In this document: positions 57,688 to 64,000 of the stretch, piece after piece
How positions within the stretch are numbered: the stretch's first letter is position 1
How the letters are laid out: every line of letters begins with the position of its first letter
NCBI GenBank assembly: GCA_964600895.1
Contig: CAZRKP010000003.1
Span: 122,416 to 186,415, forward strand
Direction of reading: 5' to 3'
Origin: an uncultured Victivallis sp.
GTDB taxonomy: Bacteria > Verrucomicrobiota > Lentisphaeria > Victivallales > GWF2-50-93
Length of the DNA stretch: 64,000 bases
Made by a program: the position numbers and the translations under genes
The notes under the pieces: generated by a model
What the model was told of the DNA's origin: nothing
Database searches by the model: none
The model's input: the letters and a program-made list of their open reading frames with translations, nothing else

Positions 57688-59346
57688 ATGCATGCTGCTT
57701 CAAATTACAATGGGATATTGCCGCTTCTCTGTATCCTTATACTGATGTTCTTCCTGTACCCACCTCCTGCATCGGCAGGAAACGGCATTGCCTACTATGT
57801 AAGTTCTGATGGCAATGATGAAAATCCCGGAACATCTCCAGATAAGTCCTGGAAGAGCATTGCCCGTGCAAACAGGCAGGAACTCAAGCCCGGCGACAAG
57901 CTCCTGTTTGCTGGAGGCAAAACCTTTTCAGGAAATCTCGTTCTCGACTCAAAAGACGCCGGCACTCCTGAAAATCCCGTGACAATTTCTTCATATGGTG
58001 AAGGCAAAGCTACAATAACGGCAGGCCTTGGAAGCGCAATTGTATTCCGTGATGCCGGCGGCATAGAGATCTCTGATCTCGTCTGCGCCGGGGAAGACCG
58101 CACAAAGAACAATGGATGCGGAATTGCTGTAATAAACACTTTGCCAAAAAATAAGAAATTAAAGCATGTCGTGATCCGGAATGTGGAAGTACATGGATTT
58201 GGACGCGACATCAAATCCAAGGACAATTTATTCTCGACCGGCTGCGGAATATTGCTTGGCGGCGCCGCATCCGACGAAAGCAAGAGCGGTTTCGAGGATG
58301 TGCTGATCGAGGGCTGTTCTGCTTATGACAACGAGTTTTTCGGCATCTACATAACCGGTTACTGGAACGAAAAGGCCAAGGATTTCGCAAACCATAATGT
58401 GACCATAAGGAACTGCAAGATGTTCAAGAATCCCGGAGATCCCAATTACAGGGAGAACCATTCCGGAAGCGGACTGCTAGTCGAGGATACAGATGTCGGT
58501 CTCGTCGAGAACTGCACCGCCTGGGAAAATGGCGCAATGTGCAACAAAGCCCCCGGAGGTCCATGCGGAATCTGGGCTGCCGTGTCGCGCAAGGTCGTCA
58601 TACAGAACTGCGAATCGTTCATGAACCGGACCGGTACTGCTCCAGACGGCAATGGCTTTGATCTTGACGGGGGCTGCATCGAGTGTGTCTTGCAGTACAA
58701 CTACAGCCATGACAACGATGGGGCTGGGTTCCTTGTATTCACCTATTCAGGAGCCCCTCAAGAAGACAAGGGAAATATTGTCCGTTATAATATCAGTGAA
58801 AACGATGCAGTAAAACTCCGCCAATACGGAGCTATTTATATCGGCAACTACGGAAAAGGGATGTCCGGCATCGAAGTCTACAATAATACTTTCATCACGA
58901 ACCAGCCGGCGCATGCCCTGGTCAATATCCATGGGAAAAACATAGGTGTGACAATCAGGAACAACATATTCATCACAAAGGACGCTCCACTTGTGAAGAT
59001 CGACAAGAACAGCGACAAGATCCTCTTCCAGAACAACCTCTACTGGTCTGAAAAGGCTTTCAAAGTGGTTGGCGAAAAGACCTATGAAAATCTTGAGTCC
59101 TGGAGGAAGTCAGGCAAAGAGATCATCGATGGAAAACCTTCCGGCATCCTGACGGATCCCAAACTTCCATTGGCAGAATCACATGGCGAGGCAGGAGATC
59201 TGAAAAGGATAAAAAATCTCAAATGTTTCAATCCACCTCCAGGTTCGCCTGCTGTTGGTTATGGAATTGATCTGAAGAAATTCTTTAATTCTGAAACCGG
59301 TGCATCTGCCTCTGGAAAAAATCATGGTAATCACATAATGCCATAG
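57688..59346 (+). CDS. Secreted right-handed parallel beta-helix protein (putative polysaccharide-active)
   Basis: Signal peptide; YYVSSDGNDENPG.S...W; repeated N/G-rich beta-helix rungs (DGNGFDLDGG, YNYSHDNDG). Confidence 0.85.
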   Translation: MHAASNYNGILPLLCILILMFFLYPPPASAGNGIAYYVSSDGNDENPGTSPDKSWKSIARANRQELKPGDKLLFAGGKTFSGNLVLDSKDAGTPENPVTISSYGEGKATITAGLGSAIVFRDAGGIEISDLVCAGEDRTKNNGCGIAVINTLPKNKKLKHVVIRNVEVHGFGRDIKSKDNLFSTGCGILLGGAASDESKSGFEDVLIEGCSAYDNEFFGIYITGYWNEKAKDFANHNVTIRNCKMFKNPGDPNYRENHSGSGLLVEDTDVGLVENCTAWENGAMCNKAPGGPCGIWAAVSRKVVIQNCESFMNRTGTAPDGNGFDLDGGCIECVLQYNYSHDNDGAGFLVFTYSGAPQEDKGNIVRYNISENDAVKLRQYGAIYIGNYGKGMSGIEVYNNTFITNQPAHALVNIHGKNIGVTIRNNIFITKDAPLVKIDKNSDKILFQNNLYWSEKAFKVVGEKTYENLESWRKSGKEIIDGKPSGILTDPKLPLAESHGEAGDLKRIKNLKCFNPPPGSPAVGYGIDLKKFFNSETGASASGKNHGNHIMP

Positions 59347-59456
59347 GAATCAGGTTCATACGGATATCGATCTCCTCCTTCATTCTGCGGGTTTCACCGG
59401 GTACTCCAGCACAGAGCCAATTACAGACCGTCTTGAGGCTGCTCCTGGATTTTGTT

Positions 59457-59470
59457 CCCGCCGCGGCGGG
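59457..59470. repeat. 14-bp perfect GC palindrome CCCGCCGCGGCGGG
   Basis: Seen directly in an intergenic region; shares CCCGCCG with the 29770-29802 insert. Confidence 0.6.
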
Positions 59471-59730
59471 CAAGCCTTGCCGAATATCCATAATTTATTA
59501 TTATGCTCCATTTGCCAATTTTAGAGGTTTTCTCAAGAAATTACAGGTACTCTTCCGTTATGATCTTGTAAACATCTTTGTAATACTTGGCCATCTTGAC
59601 AAAGCATTCCCGGAGATTAAGGTTTACAACAAGATTAAATAAAACAATAATCATCCAGCAAGAATGGTTCTTTCTTTGCCGGCCTATGCAATGGGATCAT
59701 TGTTGAAACTCTTCATATACTGGAGGACAT

Positions 59731-60273
59731 ATGCTGAAGAAGAAAAATGGCATTATTGAGTTTTTGAATTCAAATCTAGGTCTTTGGTTGTTGTCAACAT
59801 GCGCAATCGGCATTATTTCATTCGGATATAATCAATTGACCTCCTACATTTCCGAGAAAGATAGAAGAGAGGAACAGGTAATCAGGATAAAGATTGAGAT
59901 AGCCCAACGGGTTGCTCAATATTTGGCGCAGGTCAAGGAGACGGTTGAAGCAAAGGATTTTGACTTTAACGTCCCCAACGATAAAATCATCTCCGCAACA
60001 TTATCCCTGCTCAGACCCCCAAGCGTGACAAAGGATTCCAAATATCAGATATATGCCGCATTTGATGAATACAAGGAACGTCCAGTAGTCTCACTTATAG
60101 TTGAACTGCTTGTTCTTGTCGATGCACAGGAAAGGAAGAAAGTCACTCCGAGCGTGGACCAGTTGGCATTACTTACACCGGAAACCCTTTCAAGAATGTC
60201 CACCAAGGACTTAGATCAGAGATTCAAGGAAATGTTCCTTACAGACTACTGGAAGGACATAGATGAATATTAA
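59731..60273 (+). CDS. Hypothetical membrane-anchored protein
   Basis: GGAGG RBS; one N-terminal TM followed by a helical/coiled region. Confidence 0.65.
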   Translation: MLKKKNGIIEFLNSNLGLWLLSTCAIGIISFGYNQLTSYISEKDRREEQVIRIKIEIAQRVAQYLAQVKETVEAKDFDFNVPNDKIISATLSLLRPPSVTKDSKYQIYAAFDEYKERPVVSLIVELLVLVDAQERKKVTPSVDQLALLTPETLSRMSTKDLDQRFKEMFLTDYWKDIDEY

Positions 60274-60307
60274 GAGTACCTCTAAATATAGGCAAAAGAG
60301 GTAGACG

Positions 60308-62383
60308 ATGATTGCAAATCTCACCAGAAATCTTATAAAGGCACTGGCAATTGCAGTTCTTTTACCTATCGCCGGATGTTGTTCCCTGTATACAGTAAAA
60401 AACGATGCAGGTGGAACTTCTGGAAATATCAATGAGCCTCATATCTTCAATCCATCGGGATGGACAGTAGATGATGGATTATCTGGTGCTTATGTCAGTA
60501 ATGTCAAAATCTCACCCGATGGAACTGAGGTCGCATATACTGTTATGCGCGCGCACTTTACTGGTGGTCTTAACGAGTGGACTTCGGAGATTTTCGTGTC
60601 AGGGGCTGGTAATTTGAAGAGGAGACAGATCGGTAGAGGAATGGGAATGGTTGATTCACCGAGTTGGTCTCCTGATGGTTCTCGGATTGCTTTCCTCGCC
60701 ACAGCTACTGAGGGCAATCGAAAAGGCACCAGACAGATTTTCTGTTCACCTTCTGCTGGTGGAAAATCTGAAATTTTCACAGCTGTACCAAATGGCATTA
60801 CAAGCTTCAGCTGGTCTCCAAAAGGTGGACAGTTCGTATTTACCTCCCCTGATATTGTTAAGCCGATTCCAGGTCCTGGTGGACCTGCAGATGATGCGGT
60901 CGTCGAATATTCAAATGCAACCCGTATAAATTTATGGATTGTTGATGCCAAACCGAAAGCTGAACCAAAACGGATCACAAATGGTGATTACCTGATTGAA
61001 AGCTTTGACTGTTCTCCTGACGAGAAAAGCATTGCATTCACACATTCCCGCGCTTCTGCACCCGAGGGATGGCATAGCGATATTAGCATCGTGGATATCG
61101 CATCTGGGAAAGTGACCCTATTGGCAGGTACACCTGCCGCTGAGATGCAACCCCTGTATTCTCCGGATGGCTCCAGTATCGCCTTCATACGAGGGGAGAA
61201 TCCAACTGCTGATTTCAGTGAATGGAAAGTGGAACTCCTTCCAATGCCAGGGGGTTTTAAAGGTGTTTCTAAGACACTTGCCCCTACGCCTAATCAAATG
61301 CCGACGCTCATTGGCTGGTCTGCGGATGGAAAATCGCTTTTTTTCGAAGAAGCCTACAGACTGGTCCACATACTTGGCTCATTGCCGGTTTCCGGAGATT
61401 CACCTGCAATTCTAAGCGCCACCGACAAGGTAGTGGAATCTGTTTCCATAAATAACGATGGATCCTTCTTCGGATTTTCATTGCAGGATTTCAACACGCC
61501 TCAGGAGGCCTACATAGCTCCTGTTCCCAACAGTGGGAAGATCGCAGTACAATGCGCATCGTCCGAGAACAGTGATATATCCAGAATGCCGGTGCCAAAA
61601 ATGGAAATTGTTACCTGGAAATCATCTGACGGCATGCAAGTAGAAGGAATTCTCACGTATCCATTAAACTACGAAGATGGGAATAAATACCCTCTTGTCC
61701 TGTCAATTCATGGAGGGCCTGCCGAGAAGTTTTCACAAAATTATTTCGGCCAGCCCGACGTCTACCCTTATACAATATGGTCAAAGAACGGTTATGCAGT
61801 CCTACGAATAAATCCGCGCGGTTCAGGAGGATATGGTGCTGCATTCCGCAAAGCCAATGTCGCCAACTGGAACGGAGGGCCTTACGACGATCTCATGGCT
61901 GGTGTGGATAAAGTCATCGCCATGGGCGTAGCCGATCCTAACAGGCTCGCAGCAGTAGGATGGAGCTATGGTGGATATATGACAGCAAACATCACAACAC
62001 GTACTAACCGCTTCAAAGTTGCCATAGTAGGAGCTGGTCCTGTTAATCTCGTATCACAGGCCGGAACCTCCGATCTTCCTGAAATGATTCCGGCCTACAT
62101 GGCCGCCTACCCATGGGAAAAACCGGAAGTATACAGAAGCCAATCACCGATCTTTTCCGCATCAAACATCAAAACACCGACAATGATCCTGCACGGAACA
62201 GACGATACACGCGTACCATATTCACAGGGACAGGAGTGGCACACCGCACTCAGGGCGCGCGGGGTTGAGTGTACGCTAATAGGCTATCCACGCTCCGGAC
62301 ACGTCGTGCGCGAACCGCAACTTATGAAGGATCTACAGATACGAGTATTGGATTGGACTGAGGAACATATTAATAACAAATAG
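60308..62383 (+). CDS. S9 family peptidase (prolyl oligopeptidase/acylaminoacyl peptidase), lipoprotein
   Basis: Lipobox IAGC; WD40/TolB-like SPDG repeats; IHGGP, GWSYGG (Ser), HGTDDTRV (Asp), SGH (His). Confidence 0.94.
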   Translation: MIANLTRNLIKALAIAVLLPIAGCCSLYTVKNDAGGTSGNINEPHIFNPSGWTVDDGLSGAYVSNVKISPDGTEVAYTVMRAHFTGGLNEWTSEIFVSGAGNLKRRQIGRGMGMVDSPSWSPDGSRIAFLATATEGNRKGTRQIFCSPSAGGKSEIFTAVPNGITSFSWSPKGGQFVFTSPDIVKPIPGPGGPADDAVVEYSNATRINLWIVDAKPKAEPKRITNGDYLIESFDCSPDEKSIAFTHSRASAPEGWHSDISIVDIASGKVTLLAGTPAAEMQPLYSPDGSSIAFIRGENPTADFSEWKVELLPMPGGFKGVSKTLAPTPNQMPTLIGWSADGKSLFFEEAYRLVHILGSLPVSGDSPAILSATDKVVESVSINNDGSFFGFSLQDFNTPQEAYIAPVPNSGKIAVQCASSENSDISRMPVPKMEIVTWKSSDGMQVEGILTYPLNYEDGNKYPLVLSIHGGPAEKFSQNYFGQPDVYPYTIWSKNGYAVLRINPRGSGGYGAAFRKANVANWNGGPYDDLMAGVDKVIAMGVADPNRLAAVGWSYGGYMTANITTRTNRFKVAIVGAGPVNLVSQAGTSDLPEMIPAYMAAYPWEKPEVYRSQSPIFSASNIKTPTMILHGTDDTRVPYSQGQEWHTALRARGVECTLIGYPRSGHVVREPQLMKDLQIRVLDWTEEHINNK

Positions 62384-62396
62384 GAATCAAGAAAAT

Positions 62397-63194
62397 ATGG
62401 CTTTTACGGTGAAAAACATAATCGACAAGATTATGGATGCGGTACCTCAGGGTATCAGACAGGATACCGTTGATACACTGAAGTGCGGTGATCCAAACAT
62501 GAATGTGACAGGAATTGTTTCAACTTTCATTGTTACAATGGATGTGATAAAGAAGGCTGAAACGCTTGGCGCAAACTTCATCATCACCCACGAGCCGACT
62601 TGGTACGACCACAGGGACGAAGTTGAGAAATGGCTGAAGGATGATCCTGTAGTAGAAAAGAAGAAGAAAGCACTGGCGAAGAAAAATATTGCCGTATGGC
62701 GCTTCCATGACAACTGGCACAGGTACAATCCCGATGGCATCCTCACAGGTATGGCACACAAACTGGGATGGGAAAAATACCAAGGGGCGGTCAACCAGCA
62801 ACTCTTCATCCGGGATCCCATCACGCTAAAACATCTTGCTGAAGAACTGAAAAAGATATTCAAACTGAAAACCATCCGCGTTATCGGAAGGCCTGAGCAC
62901 AAGATCAGTCGCATCGGCTTGACGGTTGGCGCATACGGCGGGGAGTATCAGGTTAAGTTCCTGTCGAAACATGCCGATGTCGATGCGCTGGTCTGCGGGG
63001 AGACCGTCGAATGGCAGACGGGTGAATATGTCCGTGACGCCACTCTTCAGGGACGGGAAATCTCGCTTGTAATACTTGGACACGTATTGAGTGAACAGGA
63101 AGGTATGAACTACCTTGTCGAATGGCTCAAGCCAAAAGTCCCCGGACTTCCTATCCATTATGTCGAGGTCCCGGATCTTTTCACATTCCTATAA
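62397..63194 (+). CDS. NIF3-like dinuclear metal centre protein
   Basis: DTVDTLKCG, ITHEP, RFHDNWH, GE..EW, GHVLSE. Confidence 0.88.
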   Translation: MAFTVKNIIDKIMDAVPQGIRQDTVDTLKCGDPNMNVTGIVSTFIVTMDVIKKAETLGANFIITHEPTWYDHRDEVEKWLKDDPVVEKKKKALAKKNIAVWRFHDNWHRYNPDGILTGMAHKLGWEKYQGAVNQQLFIRDPITLKHLAEELKKIFKLKTIRVIGRPEHKISRIGLTVGAYGGEYQVKFLSKHADVDALVCGETVEWQTGEYVRDATLQGREISLVILGHVLSEQEGMNYLVEWLKPKVPGLPIHYVEVPDLFTFL

Positions 63195-63213
63195 TTAAAG
63201 ATCCAAGGAAAAA

Positions 63214-64000
63214 ATGAATCGCATCTTTGTGAGAGCTATATTTCAATTAACGGCTATTGCTGTTTGCAGTTCTTCCATTGCCCAAAGTCTTCCTGACAAG
63301 ATATTTCCGGCTGATGCGATAATTAATGTGTGCTTGCCGCCATACAATGCGAAGCCGGACGACGGCATTGACGATACTGTCGCGATCCAGAAGGCAATCA
63401 CTGAAAATGTCGATACAGGCAGAGTAATTTATTTTCCCGCCGGAACATACGATTTAAGTAATACCTTATATGCGAAAAACTCAAAAGGACTATGGAAACC
63501 GCATCTGACATTGCAGGGGCAGAATCGAGACAAGGCAATCCTGCGTTTAAAGGACAAGTCTACGAATTTCGCAGATCCATCGAAGCCAAGACCGGTCATA
63601 GTGACTGCTTCATTATGGGAAAAAGGTGACTCTATTGAGGGCGGCGGCAACAAGGCATTCCGGAACAACATCTTTGATCTGACAATCGACACTGGGAAAG
63701 AAAATCCGGGAGCGATCGGAATCGATTATGCGGTAAGCAATGTCGGATCGATTGAAAATGTGATCGTCAGGAGTGGAGACGGACATGGAGTTGCAGGGAT
63801 TTCGATGATAAGAAAGATTCCTGGTCCAGGGCTCATAAAGAATGTTTCGATTATCGGGTTCGACATAGGATTCGATTATGCAGATGGACAGTATGGAATG
63901 ACTCTTGAAAACATTACCTTGAAGTATCAAAGGAAATACGGAATCCGTCTTGCTGATAATATCCTGCAGATCCGCAGACTAACCAGCGAAAACAAGTTTC
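63214..64000 (+). CDS. Secreted pectate-lyase-3/GH28-related beta-helix protein (partial, runs off right edge)
   Basis: Not in ORF track; I translated it: MNRIFVRAIFQLTAIAVCSSSIAQ..PYNAKPDDGIDDTVAIQKAI..VIYFPAGTYDLSNTL. The - ORFs here are shadows. Confidence 0.85.
   Translation, partial: MNRIFVRAIFQLTAIAVCSSSIAQSLPDKIFPADAIINVCLPPYNAKPDDGIDDTVAIQKAITENVDTGRVIYFPAGTYDLSNTLYAKNSKGLWKPHLTLQGQNRDKAILRLKDKSTNFADPSKPRPVIVTASLWEKGDSIEGGGNKAFRNNIFDLTIDTGKENPGAIGIDYAVSNVGSIENVIVRSGDGHGVAGISMIRKIPGPGLIKNVSIIGFDIGFDYADGQYGMTLENITLKYQRKYGIRLADNILQIRRLTSENKF

Noticed and set aside
59531-59655. Short - strand ORF ending ...KMAKYYKDVYKIITEEYL
   Set aside because: Under 40 aa, with an in-frame stop just upstream, no RBS and no recognisable family.

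Overview
Gene-dense chromosomal window from a Gram-negative, probably anaerobic bacterium. A PVC/Lentisphaerae-like affiliation is my impression only and was not tested. I found no rRNA, tRNA, CRISPR array, transposase or integrase. Main blocks, left to right: (1) a surface-glycan cluster (two GT4s, a methyltransferase, a degenerate PHP-fold membrane protein, an ArnT/PMT-like GT-C); (2) cellobiose phosphorylase + MFS, then recN, an AEC transporter, a TIM-barrel epimerase and a GT9; (3) a GldA/F/G-like ABC system + DUF4340; (4) a PerR-headed oxidative-stress operon (perR-rbr-dfx-ftn-fprA-rubredoxin) with a perfect 9-1-9 operator and a terminator; (5) marC-like, Zn-ribbon rhomboid, tgt and DJ-1 genes; (6) coaD-yceD-rpmF-plsX-fabH; (7) a complete pgaABCD PNAG locus, with a divergent ferritin-like-domain diguanylate cyclase upstream and an HD-GYP phosphodiesterase plus a PBP-GAF sensor with only a small Cys4 output domain downstream; (8) ribF / HTH-TM-coiled-coil / SemiSWEET-like / coaX / trpF; (9) accessory genes (DUF4143 AAA ATPase, orphan proteins, sialate O-acetylesterase, speA, beta-helix proteins, S9 peptidase, NIF3). 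Three genes are missing from the supplied ORF track or have only shadow frames there: a partial GT4 (1-1003), rubredoxin and rpmF. A partial beta-helix gene at the right edge is also missing. Intergenic DNA holds several families of palindromic mini-elements, one with a nested insertion, and a tandem pair of 11-8-11 inverted repeats resembling XerD arms. The best candidate for an undescribed system is the redox/c-di-GMP signalling cassette wrapped around the pga operon. All family assignments come from motif recognition, not database searches.
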